Shown: one piece after another, positions 1 to 6,699 of the stretch
Numbering within the stretch: position 1 is the first letter of the stretch
Layout: every line of letters begins with the position of its first letter
Source of the DNA: a virus
Lineage: Duplodnaviria; Caudoviricetes
Direction: 5' to 3' (one strand)
IMG/VR virus record: IMGVR_UViG_3300037751_000544
Span: 1 to 25,354 of that record
Length of the DNA stretch: 25,354 bases
Notes under the pieces: generated by a model
The model's database searches: none
Told to the model about the DNA's origin: nothing
The model's input: only the letters and a program-made list of their open reading frames with translations
Made by a program: the position numbers and the translations under genes

Positions 1-43
1 AGGACTTTGTGAACGGATGGGTAATGTCCTGGGCGCTCTGCAT
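1..43 (-). CDS. 5' part of a hypothetical protein running off the window (MQSAQDITHPFTKS...)
   Basis: ATG at 43-41, one base after the TGA of the upstream ORF; open to the window edge. Confidence 0.4.
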   Translation of the reverse strand, partial: MQSAQDITHPFTKS

Positions 44-44
44 A

Positions 45-245
45 TCAGCGGGCTTTCTTTCTATCGCGCTCAATGGCGGCGATGAACATGTTGACGATGT
101 TCTTGTTAGGGTTGCGGGAGATCTTCACCCTGATGGTGTTGTGGTGAATGCGGGGTGGTAAGGCCCGGAGGAAGCGTACTTCGGCGGGGGAAAAGCTGAA
201 CTTCCCGGCGCGAGAGAGGGTGAAATGTGCTGATGGCTTTTTCAT
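45..245 (-). CDS. hypothetical basic protein, 66 aa
   Basis: TAATG overlap with the upstream gene; AAGGAG upstream. Confidence 0.65.
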   Translation of the reverse strand: MKKPSAHFTLSRAGKFSFSPAEVRFLRALPPRIHHNTIRVKISRNPNKNIVNMFIAAIERDRKKAR

Positions 246-607
246 TAGAAGATCTCCTTATTTGTGATGCGTTCAGATACCTTAGGTGTGGGTTTTTCGC
301 CGAGGATAAACTCTACGTCGATTACGTTGCCGGAGTCTAGCATGTGCCAGTTGTCGGTTATGTATTGGTGTGCAGTTGCGTATGTGCGGTCGCCCCAGGA
401 GTATGGGTCCCAATTGGCGTTACGGTTGCTGCGGTAGAGGATGACTAGTGGACCGATGTCAGAGGAGAAGCCGTCGCGCTGAAGAAGATAGACTTCTTTC
501 TCGTGAATGTCTGCATCTGTGCGCGGACTTGTGGGGACCGCGCGGGTTGCATAGGCGACGAAGAATGTGGCTCTGTCGCGGATTTCGAACATTTTTGTCT
601 CAAGCAT
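245..607 (-). CDS. conserved-looking phage hypothetical protein, 120 aa
   Basis: Globular composition; motifs EIRDRAT, DPYSWGDRT..AH and DVEFILGE resemble phage proteins I recall; coupled to neighbours. Confidence 0.8.
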   Translation of the reverse strand: MLETKMFEIRDRATFFVAYATRAVPTSPRTDADIHEKEVYLLQRDGFSSDIGPLVILYRSNRNANWDPYSWGDRTYATAHQYITDNWHMLDSGNVIDVEFILGEKPTPKVSERITNKEIF

Positions 608-788
608 TGGATGTGGTTCTTTTCTTGAATGCGCTGGTTACACGCCGTAGCGCAGGTGTGGGGTATGCGCGAGGCATACGGGCTTCGCGCGTAGCGTTCG
701 GTTTACTTCGGCTTACCAGGGCTTCGCGCGTAGCGTATGCGGCTAGGGAGAGGAGGAGGAAAAATGTGGTTGCGTAGGTTGTGATCAT
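600..788 (-). CDS. small protein with N-terminal hydrophobic segment (MITTYATTFFLLLSLAAY...), 62 aa; carries two motif-B copies
   Basis: Internal ATG at 788 of the 600..869 ORF; fills the gap in the gene chain; start uncertain. Confidence 0.45.
   Translation of the reverse strand: MITTYATTFFLLLSLAAYATREALVSRSKPNATREARMPRAYPTPALRRVTSAFKKRTTSNA
680..736 (-). repeat. motif B locus 1: two 18-bp copies of ACGCTACGCGCGAAGCCC (680-697, 719-736) separated by GTAAGCCGAAGTAAACCGA
   Basis: Exact direct repeat with 39-bp period, read directly. Confidence 0.9.
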
Positions 789-819
789 GGGTGTGTACCC
801 TTTGTGCCGCGTAGCGGCA

Positions 820-1062
820 TCATTGAAGAGGTTCCTGTACGCGGTGGGGTCTGCGTGAGAGCACCTCAAGGGGTGTTTCCGCCACGACGAGATAGGGGCC
901 GCCGCCTACGAAGTTTACGCATGTGCGGGCGTCAGGGTACTCTGTGCGCAGCTCAGGTGTGACTTCGCCAATTATGGTAACGAGGTCGAGGTTGACCCAG
1001 TGGAGGATGGACTCACGCTGGGTGGGGTCAGAGGAAACGCCGCGAAGGCAGATGAATGTCAT
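820..1062 (-). CDS. hypothetical protein, 80 aa
   Basis: ATGA overlap with the upstream ORF; beta-rich pattern (HWVNLDLVTII, TCVNFVGG, LVVAETP). Confidence 0.75.
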   Translation of the reverse strand: MTFICLRGVSSDPTQRESILHWVNLDLVTIIGEVTPELRTEYPDARTCVNFVGGGPYLVVAETPLEVLSRRPHRVQEPLQ

Positions 1063-1196
1063 ATCTTGGTCTCTTGTATGTGTTTGATGTGGAGGTCGAG
1101 CAGGTCGTCTACACGCTTGCCGTCGAGGTGTATCATGGCAACGATGGCGATGAGCGCGATGTATAGAAGGGCGATGATGCAGAGTGCGTTGCTCAT
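1059..1196 (-). CDS. small single-TM membrane protein, 45 aa (MSNALCIIALLYIALIAIVAMIHLDGKRV...)
   Basis: Not in the ORF track; translated by hand; ATGA overlaps at both ends. Confidence 0.7.
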   Translation of the reverse strand: MSNALCIIALLYIALIAIVAMIHLDGKRVDDLLDLHIKHIQETKI

Positions 1197-1459
1197 AGAA
1201 GGTTTTTCCTGTTTACTTTGCGAACGGGGCCGACGCCAAGCGCACGACGTAGAATGCGAAGCTCACGTCCGGTGTAGCGTGAGGTGTCGTTGTGGGTGTA
1301 GTGGGATACGATGCGCTCGTGGCCACGACGAGTATATTCTTTTGTGTTGCCGAGGTGGATAAACTTCGGCCATGAGATGGAGTGGGCAGGCTTGCGCGTT
1401 TCTGCGAGGCGCAGCTTGCGCTGGTGCTCATGGATACCGAAGGGGTCGAGGTTGAACAT
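1193..1459 (-). CDS. hypothetical basic protein, 88 aa
   Basis: GGAGG RBS; TGATG overlap with the upstream gene. Confidence 0.7.
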   Translation of the reverse strand: MFNLDPFGIHEHQRKLRLAETRKPAHSISWPKFIHLGNTKEYTRRGHERIVSHYTHNDTSRYTGRELRILRRALGVGPVRKVNRKNLL

Positions 1460-1794
1460 CAGAGATCCTCCAAGAGGATGCGCTGCTGTGCGGGGTTGTA
1501 TGGGAGTGGGTTGTGTGAGGCGCGCAGGTACTCTTGTGTTGTGGAAATGCGAAGCGTGTCGAAGGGGAAGAGCTTGCGCCAGCCGTCGAGTGCGAGGTGG
1601 ATGCGCTGCATGGGGGAATGCTCGTCGAAGGATTGCAGCTTGGAGAAGTGGGCTTCGCGCGTAGGGTTTTCGCTCTTGCGTAAGATGAGGATGGAAAGGG
1701 GGCGCGAGGGGTCCACGCCTGGGTAGTATGCGGAGCGCATCGCGGGTGCGGGGGCATACTCTCTTATGCGGGTGTTCTGGTAGGTTGTGTGCAT
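1459..1794 (-). CDS. hypothetical protein, 111 aa (start re-called at MHTTYQ)
   Basis: AAGGAG RBS 7 nt before the ATG at 1794; upstream part of the track ORF overlaps two other small ORFs. Confidence 0.7.
   Translation of the reverse strand: MHTTYQNTRIREYAPAPAMRSAYYPGVDPSRPLSILILRKSENPTREAHFSKLQSFDEHSPMQRIHLALDGWRKLFPFDTLRISTTQEYLRASHNPLPYNPAQQRILLEDL
1649..1668 (-). repeat. motif B locus 2: AACCCTACGCGCGAAGCCCA
   Basis: 20/20 identical to 2368-2387. Confidence 0.85.
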
Positions 1795-1826
1795 TGTAAG
1801 TCTCCTTGATACGCCTTTAGGGCGTC

Positions 1827-1901
1827 CTAAAAGGGGCGGCCGCTGCTTGTGTCTTGTGTCAAGTAGAATAAGAGGCAGATTGCGAGAATGAGAATAAGCA
1901 T
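1827..1901 (-). CDS. 24-aa hydrophobic peptide (MLILILAICLLFYLTQDTSSGRPF)
   Basis: TAATG overlap with the upstream ORF; AAAGGA upstream; hand-translated. Confidence 0.5.
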   Translation of the reverse strand: MLILILAICLLFYLTQDTSSGRPF

Positions 1902-2041
1902 TAGAATGGTCCTTTTTCGAGGGTTTCAAGGGCTGCATCGATGTGCTCTGCCCAGATCTCACCTGTGGAGTCTGCGGGCATGATGAGCATGGCGATGTAG
2001 ATGGGGTATTCTGCGATTACGTTACGGAGAAGGGATAGCAT
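1901..2041 (-). CDS. hypothetical protein, 46 aa (MLSLLRNVIAEYPIYIAMLIMPADSTGEIW...)
   Basis: GAAGGAG RBS; TGATG overlap; not in the ORF track. Confidence 0.65.
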   Translation of the reverse strand: MLSLLRNVIAEYPIYIAMLIMPADSTGEIWAEHIDAALETLEKGPF

Positions 2042-2340
2042 CAGAGGGCTCCTTCAGGGTGGGGGCGCGAAGCGCCTGTGTGTGTTTCGGATTTAAATCC
2101 AAAACCCATATCGGCTAGTTGTGCATGTGCCCAGGCTTTGAGGCGCGCATAGCGCGGGGGGCGGGTCAAAAGCCGCAGGCTCCTCTGCATATCGCGAAGC
2201 GCCCTGTTCTGCCTAACACAGTGTGCGCGGAGTGCTGCGATCTCTTGGCGGTGCTGTGCGTTCTCGTCACGGAGCGAAAGCGCAGCCTGTGCGAGTTGCT
2301 CGGCGCGAAGGCGTAGGGTTGCGGCTTGATCGGGGCTCAT
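2041..2340 (-). CDS. coiled-coil hypothetical protein, 99 aa; 3' end runs through motif A
   Basis: ATGA overlap; heptad-like A/L/Q/R-rich N-terminal half. Confidence 0.7.
   Translation of the reverse strand: MSPDQAATLRLRAEQLAQAALSLRDENAQHRQEIAALRAHCVRQNRALRDMQRSLRLLTRPPRYARLKAWAHAQLADMGFGFKSETHTGASRPHPEGAL
2079..2110 (-). promoter_or_regulatory. motif A copy 1 (32-bp palindrome TATGGGTTTTGGAT-TTAA-ATCCGAAACACACA)
   Basis: Aligns without gaps to copies at 4785, 9091 and 17187; regulatory role is inference. Confidence 0.75.
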
Positions 2341-2870
2341 GTCGATGCCTTCTGGGTGCTACCCTGATGGGCTTCGCGCGTAGGGTTCACTAGTGGTTTA
2401 CTTCGGTTTACGCGAAGCGATTCTGTGATCCTTTCGTGTGGGTGCAGCTTGGGATGGAACAGGGCGAAGGTGTATTCGATGAGGGTCTTCCGGGAGAGGG
2501 CCTCAAGGATGGAAAGCTCTGTTGCTGTGTTTCGATAGCCTAGGGATGGCTCCATTTCGTCGCCCGAAGGGCAAGCGCGTAGTTCGGCGAGTCTCCAGTC
2601 GATAGAGTTGAGGAACTGCTTGAACATGTCTTCGGGGTTACGCGCGAGTTTTCGGTTGAATGCGCGCATGCAGTCGGGGCAGATCTTCCGCCCAGCTCGG
2701 GCGGGTATGAAGAGGGAGGAGCAGTCGTTGCAGTGACGTTTCTGCATAAGGGTGTCCTTTTGGGTAGGCAGAAGACGCGTAGCCTCCGCTCCTGTAGAGG
2801 CCCGAAGGGCTTCGTAGCGAGTAGCGCTGACTTCCTTGCGTAGCGCTTGGATACGTGCTTTTGTGGTCAT
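2337..2870 (-). CDS. hypothetical protein with C4 zinc finger, 177 aa
   Basis: CNDC-x13-CPDC; AGGGGA RBS. Confidence 0.75.
   Translation of the reverse strand: MTTKARIQALRKEVSATRYEALRASTGAEATRLLPTQKDTLMQKRHCNDCSSLFIPARAGRKICPDCMRAFNRKLARNPEDMFKQFLNSIDWRLAELRACPSGDEMEPSLGYRNTATELSILEALSRKTLIEYTFALFHPKLHPHERITESLRVNRSKPLVNPTREAHQGSTQKAST
2362..2413 (-). repeat. motif B locus 3 (most complete): GCGTAAACCGAAGTAAACCAC-TAGTGAACCCTACGC-GCGAAGCCCATCAGGG
   Basis: First 21 nt identical to 7818-7838; last 16 nt identical to 16864-16879. Confidence 0.9.
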
Positions 2871-2872
2871 GG

Positions 2873-3139
2873 TTATTCCCCTAGGGGATTTTTGTGCGCA
2901 TAGTTCTCCACCCCTATACGTGAGCCTGAAGGTGGACTTGGTGGTGTTAGAAGCTTGTAGACTTCTGTTTCAGGGATGCCGTGTAGTTGTGCTAGTATGC
3001 TACGGAGGAGATTACGCAGCTTGTTGCGTTCGGCTTTGACGATATAGCCGTTGCTATTGAGTGCGGGAAGTATCTCCTCGATGCACTTTGAAAGCATAAA
3101 TTCTATGTGCTCTTCTGAGAGTGTTATTGTCTTAGGCAT
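2873..3139 (-). CDS. hypothetical protein, 88 aa; first gene of the leftward operon
   Basis: AGGA RBS; lies downstream of an extended -10 promoter. Confidence 0.7.
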   Translation of the reverse strand: MPKTITLSEEHIEFMLSKCIEEILPALNSNGYIVKAERNKLRNLLRSILAQLHGIPETEVYKLLTPPSPPSGSRIGVENYAHKNPLGE

Positions 3140-3190
3140 AGTGTGTCCTGTGAGTGTGGGAGCGGAAAAGGGAGCCCGCGTTGTGTTGCA

Positions 3191-3225
3191 ATTATAGCAT
3201 AGAAAAGGTTAATAAAGTATTAATA
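3191..3225 (-). promoter_or_regulatory. leftward sigma70-type promoter, extended -10 (TGcTATAAT at 3199-3191) with AT-rich upstream tract
   Basis: Perfect extended -10 consensus about 50 nt upstream of the ATG at 3139; no good -35. Confidence 0.65.
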
Positions 3226-3236
3226 AATGGATAGGT

Positions 3237-3256
3237 GTGTAAATTTTCTTTTACAC
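3237..3256. promoter_or_regulatory. short palindrome GTGTAAA-N6-TTTACAC, possible operator
   Basis: Perfect 7-bp inverted repeat just upstream of the leftward promoter. Confidence 0.35.
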
Positions 3257-3329
3257 GCAATACGGGTATTGAGAGGATGCGCCTCGCCGATGTGCGAGCG
3301 GGAGAATGTGTGGCATAGTTGCGGCCTAA

Positions 3330-3610
3330 TCAGCCGAACGCCGAGCAGCCCTACAGCCGAGCCACGGCTAAAGGGGTGCATGGGGGCGGTGTGTGTTTTA
3401 CTACATATTCTCTTTTTTTAAAATTTTTTTTTATTTCATATATAAGAAGAAGAGGGGGTGAGAAATGTTTAGACGTTAGCTTCGCTAATGTTGTGTTTTA
3501 TGTTTTACGTCCAAAGGATATGTTGCAAAAATACACAGGGGGGGGGGCATGGGGTGCCCTTCTAGCCGTGACTCGGCGTTCGGCTGACTCGGCTACTCGG
3601 CTGACTCGGC
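3330..3610. repeat. long imperfect inverted repeat with GCCGA(G/A) iteron-like units around an AT-rich core; candidate replication origin
   Basis: TCAGCCGAACGCCGAG (3330-3345) is the exact reverse complement of 3572-3587; further arm matches at 3356-3377/3556-3577 and 3392-3410/3516-3535. Confidence 0.7.
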
Positions 3611-3651
3611 AAACACACACGCGAGTCTCCCGCGCGGCCCAGGGATGGGGG

Positions 3652-3684
3652 AAATAAAAAAGGCCAGCGCGTGGCCAGCCTTTT
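3652..3684 (-). terminator. Rho-independent terminator for the 3733..4344 gene
   Basis: Minus strand reads AAAAGGCTGGCCACGCGCTGGCCTTTTTTATTT: GC stem then U-tract, about 50 nt after the stop. Confidence 0.75.
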
Positions 3685-3732
3685 CAGGTCTGGCCCAGCT
3701 AATTACGCCGCTGGGCCAAAGAACCTTACGCG

Positions 3733-4344
3733 TCACAAATCTTCAAGCTGTGCTTCTGCCGTGTTACCGTCTGCAGCCTTTTGTGCAGCCTTAGCACGGT
3801 CGAGGCGAGCTTGAAGCTCCTCCGCCCGCAGGCGATTGTAATGGGATGCAATCGGACCTTTGGTCATCCAAGCAGTCTGCTGCTCTTTCCGCTGCTTAGG
3901 CGTAAAGCCGTCCCAACGTTCGGCAAGCTCGGCCATCTTTTCCTCGACCTGTTCAGCCGTATGCCCGCTGTCAAGCAGAGTTGCCTTAATAGCCGTAAGG
4001 ATCATAGGCTCGCCGCCGCCGCCTTCACCAGCGGTCGACCAAATACCTGCCTTAATGCTAGCGAGGCGCCGTAAGAAAACCTCGCCCCCTTCGGCCGCGC
4101 CTTCTTCTGCCGTGTTGACGCAGTTGCGGAAAACAGTTGCGTAGCCGAAGGCTGCAGCCTGTGTATTGCTTTCATCGGGAAGGTCTTCAAACAAGACAAT
4201 CTCGTTCACCGATGCCTCTGGCACGGTAACCAGCAAGCCTGTGCAGCCTTTCGGAATGGTGCGTCCTGCTACGGATTGTCCGCTTTCATCCAGATAGGCA
4301 ATCTGAACCTTTACGCCTTTTTTACGGGGAGTTGCTTCGGCCAT
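3733..4344 (-). CDS. stand-alone early-type hypothetical protein, 203 aa (start re-called at MAEATPRKK)
   Basis: TAGGAG RBS 8 nt before the ATG at 4344; own terminator; helical, charged C-terminus. Confidence 0.85.
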   Translation of the reverse strand: MAEATPRKKGVKVQIAYLDESGQSVAGRTIPKGCTGLLVTVPEASVNEIVLFEDLPDESNTQAAAFGYATVFRNCVNTAEEGAAEGGEVFLRRLASIKAGIWSTAGEGGGGEPMILTAIKATLLDSGHTAEQVEEKMAELAERWDGFTPKQRKEQQTAWMTKGPIASHYNRLRAEELQARLDRAKAAQKAADGNTAEAQLEDL

Positions 4345-4417
4345 TGTAGTGTCTCCTATATGCCACAGCGATTCGCTGGGCTGATTCGCAGGGGCATGAT
4401 TGCCATCTGCTGATTCG

Positions 4418-4447
4418 TTTATAGCGCGAATCATACGCGCGCGTAAA
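4418..4447 (-). promoter_or_regulatory. possible sigma70 promoter TTTACG-18-TATAAA for the 4344 gene
   Basis: Partial consensus match; an alternative -10 TATGAT lies at 4435-4430. Confidence 0.4.
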
Positions 4448-4747
4448 GAAAAAAGCGCGAGGCAGGCAAAAAAGATTGAAGCGCCCAGGGATTGTGTCAC
4501 TTATGCAACATAGCCTGTAGGGCTTCTATCCTCCCACAGCTATGCACCTGCAGTGTGTATGCGAAGCGCAGCACAACCATCCCCGTCCTGCTTACACGTT
4601 GACGTTGCACACGCAGGGTGGCTTACTACCAACGCGCGAACTCCCCCGGCCTGCCCCCATCGAAGCCCCCCGCCTCCCCTTTTCTAAGACCCCTCTCCCC
4701 GATGGATGAGTTTTTCCCAAACACACAGCTCCCCCTTCAGGGAGCCC

Positions 4748-4776
4748 TTGCGGCCCCGCGCGCAAACAGGTATACT
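4748..4776 (+). promoter_or_regulatory. rightward sigma70-type promoter TTGCGG-17-TATACT heading the packaging/lysis/structural arm
   Basis: 17-nt spacer; -10 matches 5/6; lies upstream of the first plus-strand gene. Confidence 0.65.
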
Positions 4777-4784
4777 GCGTCAGG

Positions 4785-4816
4785 TGTGGGATTCGGATTC
4801 AGATCCAAAACACACA
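4785..4816 (+). promoter_or_regulatory. motif A copy 2 (TGTGGGATTCGGAT-TCAG-ATCCAAAACACACA)
   Basis: Starts 8 nt after the -10 box; aligns with the three other copies. Confidence 0.75.
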
Positions 4817-4865
4817 ACCGAAGTGAACCGAAGTGAACCGAAGTGAACCACCTGCGCGAAGCCCA
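4816..4865 (+). repeat. motif B locus 4: (AACCGAAGTG)x3.4 tandem repeat followed by GCGCGAAGCCCA
   Basis: Perfect 10-bp tandem repeat at 4816-4849; 4838-4865 aligns ungapped with 16846-16873 (22/28). Confidence 0.9.
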
Positions 4866-4868
4866 CAG

Positions 4869-5375
4869 ATGACCAAACAAAAGTTACGGGGCCGAACATG
4901 GCGCCTCATCCTGGACACCTCCGTGGCAAATCCGCTGCTCTCGCCGAGGCAGCTTGCGCCGATTCTCGGCCTCTCCGAGGGCATGCTAGCCTCTGTGATG
5001 AAATCCGACGCCTTCAGGGAGAAGCGCACGGAGATGATCCTCGAGCGCTACGGAGGGCAGATTGCGGAGATCCGGGGGAAGCTCTTCGATGTAACGGGCG
5101 ACCTGCTCGATGAGATCAAGTCCAGGATACACAATCAGACTGAGCCGATTAGCGATCAGATGATGCTTAAGCTCCTCGAGCTCCTCACCCCACATACAGC
5201 AGAGAAGCTCAGCGATGCGCAGGGGCAGCAGCCAGGGGGTGTCTCGCCCGGTGTGAGCATTACGCTCAATCTTGAAGACCTCAACAGAGGGCAGCGCAGG
5301 TTAGAGGAGCGCAGCCAAACCATAGATGTGACCCCGTATGCAGACAATCACATACGCAAGCTCCCGCAGTCGTAA
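4869..5375 (+). CDS. terS: putative terminase small subunit (N-terminal HTH), 168 aa
   Basis: HTH-like SPRQLAPILGLSEGMLASVMKSDAF, helical middle, C-terminal beta strand (VSITLNL) and TIDVTP tail; first gene of the late arm; start re-called at ATG 4869. Confidence 0.6.
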   Translation: MTKQKLRGRTWRLILDTSVANPLLSPRQLAPILGLSEGMLASVMKSDAFREKRTEMILERYGGQIAEIRGKLFDVTGDLLDEIKSRIHNQTEPISDQMMLKLLELLTPHTAEKLSDAQGQQPGGVSPGVSITLNLEDLNRGQRRLEERSQTIDVTPYADNHIRKLPQS

Positions 5376-5733
5376 GGCTGGGACATATTATGAGAATAAG
5401 GTCGCGAAGCTGCTCGACAGGCTGGGCGTGCGATACGCATCTCAAGTGTATCTGAACGGAGGGTATGCGGATTTCCTCCTTAGCGATCCACTTATCCTCA
5501 TTGAATGCAAGACCACGTTTACGCCGGCTGCACTCGAGCAGCTCACTCGCTACAGGAAAGCTCTGCGGAATCCTGCCCTCGTATGCATATGTAAGTATTA
5601 CCACAGCGCTCCAGCACAGATGCAACATGCATCAGGGTTGGGTGGAAACCCTAAGCTCCGCACAATCGACGACCTGCTTCAGGCAACCCCCGGAGCCTTT
5701 ACAATCATTCCCTGGACAGGACGCTTTGCATGA
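5338..5733 (+). CDS. PD-(D/E)xK endonuclease (Holliday-junction-resolvase-like)
   Basis: GxxYE helix, ADF, then LIECK catalytic signature. Confidence 0.75.
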   Translation: MQTITYASSRSRKAGTYYENKVAKLLDRLGVRYASQVYLNGGYADFLLSDPLILIECKTTFTPAALEQLTRYRKALRNPALVCICKYYHSAPAQMQHASGLGGNPKLRTIDDLLQATPGAFTIIPWTGRFA

Positions 5734-5831
5734 GCCCCACATTTCGCCGCAGAGGCTACGTTCAGGATGCAGTGGCTCGTGGGAAGCATGCAGTGGCTCG
5801 TCGTGCGAAAGGCGCGAAGCGCCATGACTAG
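5730..5831 (+). CDS. possible 33-aa basic peptide (MSPTFRRRGYVQDAVARGKHAVARRAKGAKRHD)
   Basis: ATGA overlap with the nuclease stop; overlaps the next ATG; hand-translated. Confidence 0.35.
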   Translation: MSPTFRRRGYVQDAVARGKHAVARRAKGAKRHD

Positions 5832-6165
5832 CTCGCAGATGCCCCATGAGTACGACACGAGGTTCCAGCGCTTGGAGGACCAGGTGACACATCATGGCCG
5901 CATGCTGGAGTCCCAGGGTGGTCTTCTGCAGGAGATCAGGGATAAGGTCATCGGGCAGCAGGCGCAGCCGAGGTTCAACGTCGCAGCGACCGCATCCTTC
6001 ATCAAGGACATTATGCAGATGTGCGCGATCGTTGGGGTGCTCACCGTGTGGATCGTAGCGATCGTTACCTCTGCGGGTAGCAACGTGACAGACACGCGGA
6101 TTGCCCATATTGAGAAGCAGCTTGACGCGTTCAAGTGGACGCCCACAGTAGAGAAAGGAAATTGA
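5824..6165 (+). CDS. coiled-coil plus single-TM membrane protein (holin/antiholin candidate), about 113 aa
   Basis: RFQRLEDQV coiled coil then TM CAIVGVLTVWIVAIVTSA; near the endolysin; start uncertain (5767, 5824 or 5839). Confidence 0.65.
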   Translation: MTSSQMPHEYDTRFQRLEDQVTHHGRMLESQGGLLQEIRDKVIGQQAQPRFNVAATASFIKDIMQMCAIVGVLTVWIVAIVTSAGSNVTDTRIAHIEKQLDAFKWTPTVEKGN

Positions 6166-6166
6166 A

Positions 6167-6469
6167 ATGAAGTATAGAAAGAAACCAGTCGTAATTGAGG
6201 CCACGCAATGGTTCAGAAATGGCAACCATCCGCTTGATGGCGATCCGAGTACAGAAGGCAAGCTCGTCCGGTGCTTTCGCCGCCCTGATGTAAATGGTGT
6301 GAGCACTTGCGGACACTGTAGCAACATTATGCAAGATCACGGATGGATCGATACCCTCGAAGGCGGTCACATCGTCTGCCCAGGTGACTGGATCATAACA
6401 GGTGTGGTTGGCGAACTCTACCCCTGCAAGCCAGATATCTTCGAAGCGACTTACGAGGTGGAAGAATGA
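6167..6469 (+). CDS. conserved phage protein of the 'KYRKKPVVIEA...TLEG...PGDWII...YPCKPDIF' type, function unknown
   Basis: Motif set familiar from many phage genomes; AAAGGA RBS. Confidence 0.9.
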   Translation: MKYRKKPVVIEATQWFRNGNHPLDGDPSTEGKLVRCFRRPDVNGVSTCGHCSNIMQDHGWIDTLEGGHIVCPGDWIITGVVGELYPCKPDIFEATYEVEE

Positions 6470-6699
6470 GCCTGACCATTCCCACACAACGGGAAGTCCT
6501 TGCACAAGACATTACCCCAATGCGCGTGCAGACTCCTGAAGAGCAGACCAGGGATATCCTTCGCCGTATGCTTCGCATCATGCAGAAGCAGAACACCTAC
6601 ACAATGGCACTCCTTGGGCAGAAAATGCAGATCCTGCCGGAATGGGTTGCAGAGGCGAATGAAGAGCTTCATAAGATGGGGAAGGAGCTGGAAGGATGA
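6466..6699 (+). CDS. hypothetical helical protein, 77 aa
   Basis: ATGA overlaps at both ends; GAGGTG RBS. Confidence 0.75.
   Translation: MSLTIPTQREVLAQDITPMRVQTPEEQTRDILRRMLRIMQKQNTYTMALLGQKMQILPEWVAEANEELHKMGKELEG

Noticed and set aside
1857-1862. TTGACA on the minus strand as a -35 box
   Set aside because: No -10 element at 16-19 nt; lies within a small ORF
3227-3657. Plus-strand ORFs of 64 and 112 aa
   Set aside because: They cross homopolymer tracts and inverted repeats, lack an RBS and are not protein-like; the region is better read as non-coding
3733-4344. Identification as N4 gp2/Drc-like ssDNA-binding activator
   Set aside because: Length and motifs do not fit what I recall of that PC4-like family; cannot be supported without a search
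4345-4500. N-terminal extension of the 255-aa track ORF
   Set aside because: A strong RBS precedes ATG 4344 and the extension covers promoter-like sequence
4599-4630. TTGACG as a second rightward promoter
   Set aside because: No convincing -10 at 17-18 nt spacing
4618-4836. 72-aa Pro-rich ORF
   Set aside because: A by-product of C-tracts; overlaps the promoter and motif A
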